64,000 bases of DNA from Acidimicrobiia bacterium (lineage in GTDB: Bacteria; Actinomycetota; Acidimicrobiia; Spongiisociales; ZC4RG35): positions 640,001 through 704,000 of the forward strand of contig OZ244034.1 in NCBI GenBank assembly GCA_965215185.1, read 5' to 3'. The notes under the pieces were generated by a model, which saw nothing but the letters and a program-made list of their open reading frames with translations, was not told the DNA's origin and ran no database searches. Position numbers and translations under genes: made by a program. Below are positions 40,808 through 50,250 of the stretch, piece by piece (the stretch's first letter is position 1; every line of letters begins with the position of its first letter).

Positions 40808-43800
40808 GATGTGAAGGCCCCCTGTCCCTCCGGGCAGGCCGGACATAATGTGCGCACCTGGCATTTCCGGCACTCCTTGGAGGGTCGGGGTAGCCACGGT
40901 TGAGGATCAGCTTTCTCCGAAATGATGGCTTGACCGATCTCGCCCAGAAGCTTGATCACCTCTTCCAGCCTGACCGGGTCGAAAGAAAGCTTCCAGGACG
41001 GCTTTTCACAAAGCGGATACCAAAACTCGGCGGCGGAGGCGTTGGCGCCGGGGGTGAGTCGAGATTTCGCCCATAGGTAGAAGCCCAGTTGCAATGCGAT
41101 TCTGGCGTCCTTTGCGGTCATTGGATTCTTGGAAGTCTTGTAATCGACGATGCGCAGGGTTCCGTCTCCCATCCGGTCTATACGATCAATTCGGCCCTTC
41201 CAGGAGATCCCGTCCAGTTCGGTGGCGACTTTCCCTTCGAAACTGATGGCTTGCCCGCTCTCTTTTTCCCACCGTTGCGCCAATTGGTCGAGGAGTTTTA
41301 TTCCTCGTTCCCGCCAGGCTTGGTTGAGAACGGGGGTACCGAAATCGTAGGTGGCGAGTTGGTTGTCGAGCTCTTTCATTGCGAAATGCAGGTTCAGTCC
41401 GCTTTCGGCCCGTTCGAAGGACCTCTGTCCGCTTCTTTGGAGAACATGGTGGATCAGTTGCCCGAATTTGGCAGTGGGTTTCTCGTCAACCGCCCTGATT
41501 TGCAACCGATGTTCCAGGGCGTAACGCCGGGGACAGATCTGGTAGGCCTCGGCCTGCGACGCCGACATGATATGACCCGGATCAATCAGTCCGAGGTCGG
41601 ATCCGGGGGATAGCATTCCCGCGAAACTGCGGGGATCCCACAGGTCCGTGCGGGGAGGGTGGGCGAGCACCATGGAGGCCGCCAAGCGGCGGGGGCGGCT
41701 CTGGTGGATGTCCTGTTGGGTACGTCTCAGGTATCCCTCTGTCTCGAGCCGGCCAAGGGGAGAGGAGTTGGGTTTTGGGGAGGGTGGTCTCAGTTTCTGG
41801 CCGGTGAAGTTGGCTAGGCGGAGCATGAATCGGCTGACCGCACTGCGCATTTCTTTGAGATCTGGGGAGGTGGCGGTCCACACCACCCGGAGGCGTGCGC
41901 GGGTCATGGCCACATAGGCGAGATTCAATTCCTCCTCCAGCCGGCTCTCAAGGATCTGGAGGTATTTCACATCCGGGCGGGAAAGGAATTGTCCTTCCAG
42001 AAGGGATGTGAAGGGACGGGTGTCGGGGAACGCTCCCTCCGTGGCGCTGGCGATGAACACCACCTCGAATTGCTGGCCCTTGGCCTGATGGATGGTGCTG
42101 ATTGTCACCCCACTCTCATCCGGGCTGTAAGGCTTGAGCAGAGGCGAGGCTTCAAGATCTCCTCCCAGGGTTAGCTTCCGGTAATCGAGCAGAGAAGTGA
42201 GGGGAGAACGTTCCGCCAGCCTGCCCAGAGTTTGGGCAAATGAGAACAGGGTGGATCGGTAACTGGCGGGCTGATCTGATTCGACGAGTCGATGAAGCTG
42301 GGGAAGGCGGCTCCAGAACTTCCAGAATCCGGTGGTGGCTGGAGGGGTTTTCGCCCAAGATGGTTCATTGAGGAGGTTGGAGAGCGCCTTGGCATTGGGC
42401 AAGTTCTCTGCCAGCACCTGCGCCCAATGCTGACCGGACCCGCGGCGAATGACCTCCAGTTCCCTGGCCCGACCCTGGGTGAGCGAGAACGAGGGTCCCA
42501 GCAGTGCGCCCTTCATTATTCGGTCGACGGCCTCCTTCTCCGATCTGGAGAGATGTGGGTCGGTGTCCACCGCCGCCACCCAGGCCAGATCCAGCACCAG
42601 ACGCACCGCCGGATGGTCTATCAGCTGGGCGTTCGGTCGGGCGTGGGGTATATCCTCCCGGTCCAGTGCTCGGGATAGGGCCGCCAGTGGACGCAAGGCG
42701 CGGGTGAGCACTGCGATCTTGGAGTAGGGGAGTTGTTCGGTGAGGTGAAGGCGTTTGATCTCCGAGGCGATCCAGTCGTTTTCGGCCATCTCCTGGTTGA
42801 AGACATAGATCTCGACCTTGCCCGCGTGGGGGGCGGGGGCGGGAAGAGTTTGATGGTCGATACCCACTAGCGCCCCGGCCGATGACAACACCTCCTCAGG
42901 AACCCTGAAGCTGGTGTTGAGGATGACAGTGTTGGTCGGCGAATGCGCCACGGCGTCGAAAGTCTCGGGAAAGGCGCTCACCGAGGCACGCTCAGCGCCC
43001 AAGAATGAAAAGGAGGTCTGCTGGGGATCGGCAACCGCCGTCAGGTGGCAGCCGGCTCCCACCAGTCTCTTTAGGATCTCCACCTGCACCACGGTGGCTT
43101 CCTGGAATTCGTCAACCAACACGTATGGGAATCGAGCCACGGTGTTTCTGACTATCTCGGGTATGCCCAATGCACGGTTGGCCCGAAGCAGAAGACCCGT
43201 GTAGTCGATTTTGTTCTCTTTTTCCAGCCTGCGTAGGTAATGCCGATAGAACCCGGGTAGGGCCGCCCACGCCGGTCTTTTCTTAGCTCGATCGGCCAGT
43301 TTATCCGGGCTGATGCGCTGCTCACCACACCTCAGCATGAAGTCGGCGAGTTCTTCGGCGAGGGTGTGGGTGTGGAGCAGGCGGCGATAAAAAAGTGGCC
43401 AGTCCTCGGGTGGTTCATCGGCCAGGACCTCTTTGACGAAGTGGATCTGTTCGGGAGCGGTTAGAAGCATGGGAGGCTGGATAGTCCCGAAGAGTTCCTG
43501 GCAGTTCTCTTCGACCAACGTCCGGGCGAAGGCATAGAAGGTCCCGACGGACAATTCCCCAAAAGAGCGCTGAGCCGCTGTGGTTATCCGACCTCGCAGA
43601 TCAGAGGCGGTTTCCCGAGAGAACGACAATCCCAAGACTGTGTCGGATGAAGCAGTTTCGGAGTTGATCAAATGTGCGGCGCGGCAGGCTAAGAGTTCGG
43701 TCTTGCCCGTGCCCGGCCCCCCAATGACCAGTTGGGTTCCCTCTATCCGGGTGACCAGATCGTCCCATTTCCCAGGAGAGATCCTTTCACCCCGGAGCGA

Positions 43801-43821
43801 TCCGACCGAAGGACGCCTCAC
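40804..43821 (-). CDS. adnA: AdnA-like UvrD helicase with C-terminal Fe-S RecB-type nuclease
   Basis: GGPGTGKT, VDEFQE, HQAKGQQF, YVAMTRA, GRIDRID, VDYKT, CRKCQVRTLC. Confidence 0.85.
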   Translation of the reverse strand: MRRPSVGSLRGERISPGKWDDLVTRIEGTQLVIGGPGTGKTELLACRAAHLINSETASSDTVLGLSFSRETASDLRGRITTAAQRSFGELSVGTFYAFARTLVEENCQELFGTIQPPMLLTAPEQIHFVKEVLADEPPEDWPLFYRRLLHTHTLAEELADFMLRCGEQRISPDKLADRAKKRPAWAALPGFYRHYLRRLEKENKIDYTGLLLRANRALGIPEIVRNTVARFPYVLVDEFQEATVVQVEILKRLVGAGCHLTAVADPQQTSFSFLGAERASVSAFPETFDAVAHSPTNTVILNTSFRVPEEVLSSAGALVGIDHQTLPAPAPHAGKVEIYVFNQEMAENDWIASEIKRLHLTEQLPYSKIAVLTRALRPLAALSRALDREDIPHARPNAQLIDHPAVRLVLDLAWVAAVDTDPHLSRSEKEAVDRIMKGALLGPSFSLTQGRARELEVIRRGSGQHWAQVLAENLPNAKALSNLLNEPSWAKTPPATTGFWKFWSRLPQLHRLVESDQPASYRSTLFSFAQTLGRLAERSPLTSLLDYRKLTLGGDLEASPLLKPYSPDESGVTISTIHQAKGQQFEVVFIASATEGAFPDTRPFTSLLEGQFLSRPDVKYLQILESRLEEELNLAYVAMTRARLRVVWTATSPDLKEMRSAVSRFMLRLANFTGQKLRPPSPKPNSSPLGRLETEGYLRRTQQDIHQSRPRRLAASMVLAHPPRTDLWDPRSFAGMLSPGSDLGLIDPGHIMSASQAEAYQICPRRYALEHRLQIRAVDEKPTAKFGQLIHHVLQRSGQRSFERAESGLNLHFAMKELDNQLATYDFGTPVLNQAWRERGIKLLDQLAQRWEKESGQAISFEGKVATELDGISWKGRIDRIDRMGDGTLRIVDYKTSKNPMTAKDARIALQLGFYLWAKSRLTPGANASAAEFWYPLCEKPSWKLSFDPVRLEEVIKLLGEIGQAIISEKADPQPWLPRPSKECRKCQVRTLCPACPEGQGAFTS

Positions 43822-43851
43822 CGGTGCGGCTCCCCCAAACTAGTGAAGGGG

Positions 43852-44016
43852 TCAGGCCGCGACATGCAGTTTGATGGGCGGGCAGATAGTGCACGCACTG
43901 GTGGGTTGTGTCTCAACCAGGTCCACGGTGACGCCGGCTTCGGCCAGCCACTCCATTACCTCATGGCAGTCGGCCGGAGTGGTTTCGACGGTATGGCTGA
44001 TCAGTTGCTTTTCCAT
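43852..44016 (-). CDS. Small (54 aa) Cys-containing protein upstream of adnA
   Basis: TAGGCT -10 box 7 nt before ATG; CxxC; fills the gap co-directionally. Confidence 0.55.
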   Translation of the reverse strand: MEKQLISHTVETTPADCHEVMEWLAEAGVTVDLVETQPTSACTICPPIKLHVAA

Positions 44017-44047
44017 AGGAATAAGCCTATGAGAGGGGTGTGACACT

Positions 44048-45040
44048 TTACCCCGAAGGCGGGGAAAGGGGGATAGGTTGGGGGTTCGAAGAGGCGGGGG
44101 AGGACGACTGGGATGAGGTTTGATCCTCCCAGGCCGGGCATATCGGCTGATAGGAGCACCAGTTGCACAATCGCGATTTTCTGGTCGGGAACGTGTCGGT
44201 CATGATCGCCCGGTCGATTGCGTACCACAGGGCTTGGAGTTGCTGCTTCATTGCTCTCAACCCCAGCTGCGAGATCGGCTGGCTATAGGCGACCGAATTT
44301 CCCAGGTAGAGCAGGCGGACTTGGGCGGGTGTTCTTCCCAGGTCCTCTTGAATCATCAGGGCATAGATTTTCAGGGCGAAAAAGCTCGAATCGGCATAGT
44401 TCAGCGGGGGCGCCTTGCCCGTTTTGTAGTCGGTGATCACCAGTTCCCCGTCAGCAGCGGCGTCCAGTCGATCAATGATCCCGCGAATCTCCAGCTTCTT
44501 GTCAGAGTCGTCCGACTTGGCGTCCAGGTCGATCAGCAGGGTGACAAACTTCTCCCTATCCAGCGGTTCTATGTGGCGGGGATCCTCGATCTGAAAGTAG
44601 TGCTCAGCCACCTTCCGGCCCGCCTGGTAGTAGGCATCCCGGCCATCGGAATCTTCGGCGAACAATTCCCGGTAGTCGTCGCTTCGGAGGGTTTCATCCC
44701 AAGCGACTTCGTAAAGTTCCAACAGGCGCTCGGGGTGGCGCTCTGAGGAGGGGACTTCAAAAAGCCTCTCCAAGGCGAGGTGGATGGCGGTGCCCCGGGC
44801 CTGAGCGGGTGTGGGGACATCGCGGATTCTCTCGACATGGCGGAATTTGTAGAGCCTCGGGCAGGTTTTGAAATCAGAAGCCCGGCTGGGGGAGAGGTTG
44901 GTCAGCCCGACCGGTTCCTCAACAGAAGACGCAGAGTCCTGGGTAGGGGTAAACAGGACTCCGGACTTCTCTGCACCGGGATCGAGGACAGGCTGCTTCA
45001 ACAAGGCGGGTTTAGGGTGTTCCACTCCAATGGCGAGCAT
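44048..45040 (-). CDS. RecB-family PD-(D/E)XK exonuclease with Fe-S staple (start uncertain)
   Basis: LSPSRASDFKTCPR, GTAIH, GIIDRLD, TDYKTG, LCNWCSYQPIC. Confidence 0.9.
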   Translation of the reverse strand: MLAIGVEHPKPALLKQPVLDPGAEKSGVLFTPTQDSASSVEEPVGLTNLSPSRASDFKTCPRLYKFRHVERIRDVPTPAQARGTAIHLALERLFEVPSSERHPERLLELYEVAWDETLRSDDYRELFAEDSDGRDAYYQAGRKVAEHYFQIEDPRHIEPLDREKFVTLLIDLDAKSDDSDKKLEIRGIIDRLDAAADGELVITDYKTGKAPPLNYADSSFFALKIYALMIQEDLGRTPAQVRLLYLGNSVAYSQPISQLGLRAMKQQLQALWYAIDRAIMTDTFPTRKSRLCNWCSYQPICPAWEDQTSSQSSSPASSNPQPIPLSPPSG

Positions 45041-45247
45041 ACGGGAATGCCGGCCCCTTTTCTGGTCTCTTGCCCCTGAGCAACCGTTGTGCGCGAAAAA
45101 CACACGTAACCTGTGGAAAGCAGATGGCGGGGTAAACATGCAACTGAGGATCTGTCCGCTGCGGGGCCCCGCGAGGTAGGGTAAACCCTTCAACGTTGCT
45201 AGCCTGAAACCCCGAACCCCTCTGTTGGAAAATCATTAGAAAGCCCT

Positions 45248-47872
45248 ATGGAAAGTAGCAAGGTCCGCCAGACTTTTCTCGATTTCTTTGCCGAACGCGG
45301 TCACACAGTTCGTCCCTCGGCGTCTCTCATCCCCATCGACCCCACCCTGTTGGTGACCAACGCTGGGATGGTGCCTTTCAAGCCCTACTTTCTGGGAGAG
45401 GAGCCGCCTCCTTATCGACGGGCGGCGAGTGTCCAAAAATGTGTGCGGACCGTTGACATTGACATAATCGGAACCACCGCCCGCCACACCTCGTTCTTCG
45501 AAATGATGGGCAATTTCAGCTTCGGTGACTACTTCAAGAAGGATGCGATCCGCTGGTCTTACCGATTGGTCACCGATGGGTACGGACTGGACCCCGACCG
45601 GTTGTGGTTCACCGTTTATGAAACCGATGAAGAGGCTGCCGAACTTTGGATTTCCGAGGTGGGCGTGCCCCCGGAGCGGGTGCAGCGGGGAGGAAGGGAC
45701 AATTTCTGGCAGATGGGAGTACCCGGCCCGTGCGGCCCGTGTTCGGAGATTTTCTATGATCGGGGGCCCGAATACGGACCAGAGGGAGGTCCGATCGGTG
45801 GCGGCGAGAACCGCTATGTAGAACTGTGGAACCTGGTGTTCATGCAGAACATTCAGGACCGGCCCTTTCATGTGGTAGGGGATCTTCCCCAAAAGGGTGT
45901 GGACACGGGCATGGGCCTGGAGCGGACCGCAATGATTCTCCAGGGAGTCGAAAGCGCCTTCGAGACCGATGTGATGCGTCCGGTGTTGGAGGTCAGTTCT
46001 TCGGTCTGCGGAGTCTCCTACGGACAGAGTCCCGTCTCCGATGTGTCCCTGCGCATCTTGGCCGATCACGGTCGGGCCATGACGGTGCTGATCGCAGACG
46101 GTGTGGTTCCCTCCAACGAAGGACGGGGATTTGTCCTGCGAAGGCTGATCCGTCGGGCCGTGCGCCACGGTTGGCTCCTGAGCTATGAGGGACTGCTGAT
46201 GCCTAGGCTGGCTTCCGCCACGGTTGGCGCCTTGGGGGATGCCTACCCGGAGGTCATCGACCAGTACGACCTGGTGCTGAAGGTGGTCTCTCAAGAGGAG
46301 TACCGCTTCCTTCGCATCCTGGAGTCGGGTCACTCGATTTTGCAGGGGGAGATGAACAGCCTGGGCGAGGGCGAGACTCTGCCAGGAGAGGTGGCGTTCC
46401 GGCTCCACGACACCTACGGATTCCCCTTCGAATTGATCATGGAGATCTCCGAAGAAAGACAGGTGGATGTGGACCAGGGAGGTTTTACCCGTTTGATGGA
46501 GGAACAACGGAAGCGGGCCCGGCGAGCTTGGAAGGGCGGCGAGGAGTCGGCGGCAGCCGATCTGTACCGTGGGCTGCTTGACGACATCGGGACCTGTGAG
46601 TTCATCGGGTATGACCATGAAGACGGCAAGGCGCAAGTGCTGGCCATCCTCCAAGAGGGTGAGCCGGTGTCAGTCGCCCGGCGGGGTGAAAAGGTGGAGG
46701 TGTTCTTGGACCGCACCCCGTTTTACGCCGAGGCGGGAGGCCAGGTGGGGGACACCGGGGTCATAGTCAGTGACACGGGGGAGTTGGAGATCTCTGACAC
46801 CCGTCATCCCCTGGTGGGACTTGCCGGGCACCAGGCGCGGGTAACGAGAGGATGGGTGGGTACCGGACAGACCGTGAGGACGGGAATCGACGTTTTGCGC
46901 CGGGAGGGGATCCGCAAAAGCCACACCGCCACTCACATTCTCCACTGGGCGCTGCGGGAAGGTCTGGGTGACCATGTCCGCCAAGCTGGCTCGTTGGTGA
47001 CCGATGGGCGGCTTCGCTTCGATTTTTCCCACTACTCGGTGTTGGAGCCGGAGGAGATGACCGAAATTGACCTGCTGGCTAACCAGAAGGTGATCGGCAA
47101 CGGAAGCGTCAATACCACCGTCATGCACATCGACCAGGCCCGCGCCTCAGGCGCTCTGGCCTTTTTTGGCGACAAGTACGGGGAGCAGGTGCGAGTGGTG
47201 CAGGTGGGTGACTTCTCGCGGGAACTGTGCGGAGGCACCCACGTTCCCACTTCCGGTCAAACCGGTCCGGTGGTGGTGCTGGGCGAGTCGTCTATCGGCG
47301 CCAATCTGCGCCGGGTGGAGGCGCTCACCGGCCAGACCGCCTATGACCACCTGCTCAAGGTTCGCGACACTCTGGACAGAACCGGAAAGAGGCTCACCGT
47401 TCCCTGGACGGCGGTCCCCGAGCGGGTGGAGTCCCTTTTGGCGAGGGTGAGCGAGTTGGAGGACGAACTGGAGCAGATGCGGTCTGTCCGCAGGGGTGAC
47501 CTGGCCGCGGAACTGGCGGGCGGGGCCCGAATCTGCAACAACTTCAAGTTGGTGGTCTCCGCTCAAGAAGGACTCGACACCAAGCAGTTACGACAATTGG
47601 CCATAGGAGTGAGAGACCGGATCGGTCCGGGGGTGGTGGTGGTCGGATCGGTCGCCAGTGGCAAGGGGGCTGTGGTGGGAGCGGTGAGCCGTAATCTGAC
47701 ACAGCAGGGGATTTCGGCGGCAAAGGTGGTGGGGTCGGCCGCTCGGATTATGGGCGGGGGAAGTTCTCGTGATGCGGAGTTGTCCCAAGGAGGAGGTCCG
47801 AAGGGCCATCTCTTGGATGAGGCCCTTGAAGAAGCCGGTACGGTGGCGGCTCGGGCCCTTTTGGAGGTCTGA
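45248..47872 (+). CDS. alaS: Alanine--tRNA ligase
   Basis: TNAGMVPFK, RH.SFFEM.GNFSFGDYFK, HTATH, ELCGGTH. Confidence 0.98.
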   Translation: MESSKVRQTFLDFFAERGHTVRPSASLIPIDPTLLVTNAGMVPFKPYFLGEEPPPYRRAASVQKCVRTVDIDIIGTTARHTSFFEMMGNFSFGDYFKKDAIRWSYRLVTDGYGLDPDRLWFTVYETDEEAAELWISEVGVPPERVQRGGRDNFWQMGVPGPCGPCSEIFYDRGPEYGPEGGPIGGGENRYVELWNLVFMQNIQDRPFHVVGDLPQKGVDTGMGLERTAMILQGVESAFETDVMRPVLEVSSSVCGVSYGQSPVSDVSLRILADHGRAMTVLIADGVVPSNEGRGFVLRRLIRRAVRHGWLLSYEGLLMPRLASATVGALGDAYPEVIDQYDLVLKVVSQEEYRFLRILESGHSILQGEMNSLGEGETLPGEVAFRLHDTYGFPFELIMEISEERQVDVDQGGFTRLMEEQRKRARRAWKGGEESAAADLYRGLLDDIGTCEFIGYDHEDGKAQVLAILQEGEPVSVARRGEKVEVFLDRTPFYAEAGGQVGDTGVIVSDTGELEISDTRHPLVGLAGHQARVTRGWVGTGQTVRTGIDVLRREGIRKSHTATHILHWALREGLGDHVRQAGSLVTDGRLRFDFSHYSVLEPEEMTEIDLLANQKVIGNGSVNTTVMHIDQARASGALAFFGDKYGEQVRVVQVGDFSRELCGGTHVPTSGQTGPVVVLGESSIGANLRRVEALTGQTAYDHLLKVRDTLDRTGKRLTVPWTAVPERVESLLARVSELEDELEQMRSVRRGDLAAELAGGARICNNFKLVVSAQEGLDTKQLRQLAIGVRDRIGPGVVVVGSVASGKGAVVGAVSRNLTQQGISAAKVVGSAARIMGGGSSRDAELSQGGGPKGHLLDEALEEAGTVAARALLEV

Positions 47873-47873
47873 C

Positions 47874-48311
47874 CTGGGTCGGGTTCTCGCTGTGGACCCG
47901 GGAGAGAGGAGGGTGGGGGTGGCGCTGTCCGATCCGAGGGGGATCATTGCCCAGCCATGGGCGGTCATCGACCGTACTATTTCGGATGTGGTGGCCGAGG
48001 TGCAAAAGATGGCGCAGGAAAACGGTGTGGACACCATCGTGGTTGGCTTGCCGATCAGACTCTCCGGCGAAGAGGGAGCACCCGCCGCCGCGGCCCGCGA
48101 GTTGGCCGACCAGCTGCGAAGCGCCACCGGTCTGTTGGTGGAGATGCACGATGAGCGATACTCTTCCGTGGCGGCTGAACAGATCATGAGAGAGGGAAAG
48201 GCGTCATCAAAGAAGCGCCGCTACCAGCGGGATAAGGTGGCGGCGGCCATCATACTCTCTGAGTACCTGATGGGAAGGCCCAAGGTGAACACACCGGACC
48301 GACAACAGTGA
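47874..48311 (+). CDS. ruvX: Holliday junction resolvase-like/pre-16S maturation nuclease RuvX/YqgF (probable CTG start)
   Basis: RVLAVDPG.RRVGVA.SD, VVGLP, DERYSS, DKVAAA. Confidence 0.93.
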   Translation: MGRVLAVDPGERRVGVALSDPRGIIAQPWAVIDRTISDVVAEVQKMAQENGVDTIVVGLPIRLSGEEGAPAAAARELADQLRSATGLLVEMHDERYSSVAAEQIMREGKASSKKRRYQRDKVAAAIILSEYLMGRPKVNTPDRQQ

Positions 48312-49417
48312 CCACCCCGTCCGACCCGGACCAGTTTCCCCGCCCCTCCAGCCCCTGGTCGATTCTGCGTTTGCTGGGAGTGGCTGGGGTGGTGGTGCTG
48401 GCTTCGGTATTGGTGATAAACCTGGGTTCGAGCATGGGCGAGCAAGTGGCCGTTCGGCTCGACGCGGTGGAAACCTCCACCACTTCCACCTTGGTTCCAG
48501 GCCTCACCGTCGAGGTTGAAATACCCTTCGGCTCTTCGGCCACCAGGGTGGCGGAACTTCTGATGGAAGCGGGAGTCATTCCTGATTCAGGGCTGCTCTT
48601 GGCTGCGGTTCAGGATGCCGGTGTGGCCGCCTCCATACAAGCCGGCGTCTACCAGTTGACTTCCGGCATCTCCATCGAAGAACTATTGGTGGAACTGCTG
48701 GCGGGGCCGGTAGCCACCAGCTATCGCATCACGGTCTTCGCCGGCCAGCGGATTGATGAGATCCTTGATCTGTTGTCGGAGGGTTCTCTCATCGAAAGGG
48801 CGCAGTTCGAGGACGCTTTACTCAATGGTGCCGTCACTTCATCGTTCTTAGATCAGAGCGTGCCGATCACTCTTCGTTCGTGGGAGGGTCTGCTGTTCCC
48901 CGACACCTATGAGTTTGACAACGAAGCAGGCGCCGCCGAGATTCTCCAGCGTCTGTCCCGCACTATGGAACAGCGGATGTCGCTAATCGACTGGAGCGGG
49001 ATCGCCCCCTTGGGCTATACGCCCTACCACGGGATAGTTATCGCCTCCATCATCGAGTCCGAGGTGCGGCTCGCCGAGGAACGTTCACTGGTGGCCAGTG
49101 TCATATTCAACCGGCTCACAGACGGTGTGATGTTGCAAATGGACAGCACTGTTTTGTATGCGTTGGGCACTCGGGACATCGCCGGCTTTGATCGGGGGGT
49201 GGAGTCTCCCTACAACACATACCTGGCCAGCAGACTTCCTCCCACTCCCATCGCGGCTTCCAGCTTCTCGTCCTTGCAGGCCGTCGCACAGCCTGCCGTC
49301 ACAGATTTTCGCTTCTTCGTGCTCAGTTCCACCGATGGCCGACACACCTTCACGGTTACTGGGGAAGAGCATCAGGCGGCTGTGGAGAAGGCACGATCAG
49401 AAGGGGTGCTCCCCTGA
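48308..49417 (+). CDS. mltG: Endolytic transglycosylase MltG
   Basis: N-terminal TM, EGLLFPDTY, ASIIESE, LQMDST, SPYNTY, LPPTPI. Confidence 0.93.
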   Translation: MTTPSDPDQFPRPSSPWSILRLLGVAGVVVLASVLVINLGSSMGEQVAVRLDAVETSTTSTLVPGLTVEVEIPFGSSATRVAELLMEAGVIPDSGLLLAAVQDAGVAASIQAGVYQLTSGISIEELLVELLAGPVATSYRITVFAGQRIDEILDLLSEGSLIERAQFEDALLNGAVTSSFLDQSVPITLRSWEGLLFPDTYEFDNEAGAAEILQRLSRTMEQRMSLIDWSGIAPLGYTPYHGIVIASIIESEVRLAEERSLVASVIFNRLTDGVMLQMDSTVLYALGTRDIAGFDRGVESPYNTYLASRLPPTPIAASSFSSLQAVAQPAVTDFRFFVLSSTDGRHTFTVTGEEHQAAVEKARSEGVLP

Positions 49418-49425
49418 CCGCAGGG

Positions 49426-50250
49426 GTGACGCCCGCCACGCCCGCAGGTGGTTATCGCCTGGCGGTACTGGGGGATCCGGTTGAGCATTCTCTCTCTCCC
49501 CGGATGCACAACGCGGCGCTGGCCTCTTTGGGTCTGGGAGGGGTCTACAGTCGGCGACGGGTGGACAAGCAGGGAATGAAAGAGGCGGCAAGGCAGATAA
49601 AGGTGGGAGCACTCCACGGCGCAAACATCACCATGCCCCACAAGGGGTTGGCGGCCCGCTTGGCCGACCGGCTGAGCTCCGATGCGCAGCGAGCAGGGTC
49701 GGTCAACACCTGGACCATGGAGAGGGACGGAGGGCTCATCGGACACAGCACCGATGTGGAAGCGGTGCGTCGGGTATGGGTGAAGGCGGGACTTCCCACC
49801 GACTGTCCGGTGCTGGTCATCGGCGCGGGAGGGGCGGCGGCGGCGGCAATCGTGGCGCTGGAGAACCAGGTGGTCTGGTGCTCGGCGCGTCGTTCCGAGG
49901 CGGTCTCGTCTTTGGCCGAGCGGGTCGATGTCCCGATTCGCCCACTGCCATGGGGAGATATGTTGCCCGGAGCGGTGGTGGTGAACGCCACCCCCCTGGG
50001 GATGAGGGGAGGTGAGCTGCCCCAGGTGGTGCTGGAGGAGGCTGTGGGCATTTTCGACATGGCCTATCGGGGGGATGCGGCGCAGACCGCGGCGGTGGAC
50101 GGGATGAGGGATCTGGGCTTGCCGGCATCGGACGGCCTGGCGATGTTGGTCGCCCAGGCGGAAGCCTCTTTTGAAATGTGGACCGGACTGCGCCCGCCCG
50201 CCGGGGTGATGAACCGAGCTGTGAGATCGGGGGGAACCAGCGTCGGATGA
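49426..50250 (+). CDS. aroE: Shikimate dehydrogenase
   Basis: HSLSPRMH, NITMPHK, VNT, GAGGAA, NATPLG. Confidence 0.93.
   Translation: MTPATPAGGYRLAVLGDPVEHSLSPRMHNAALASLGLGGVYSRRRVDKQGMKEAARQIKVGALHGANITMPHKGLAARLADRLSSDAQRAGSVNTWTMERDGGLIGHSTDVEAVRRVWVKAGLPTDCPVLVIGAGGAAAAAIVALENQVVWCSARRSEAVSSLAERVDVPIRPLPWGDMLPGAVVVNATPLGMRGGELPQVVLEEAVGIFDMAYRGDAAQTAAVDGMRDLGLPASDGLAMLVAQAEASFEMWTGLRPPAGVMNRAVRSGGTSVG

Noticed and set aside
35617-45040. CRISPR adaptation module (Cas4-like genes)
   Set aside because: No cas1/cas2 and no repeat-spacer array anywhere in the window; the nucleases are AdnAB/RecB-type.
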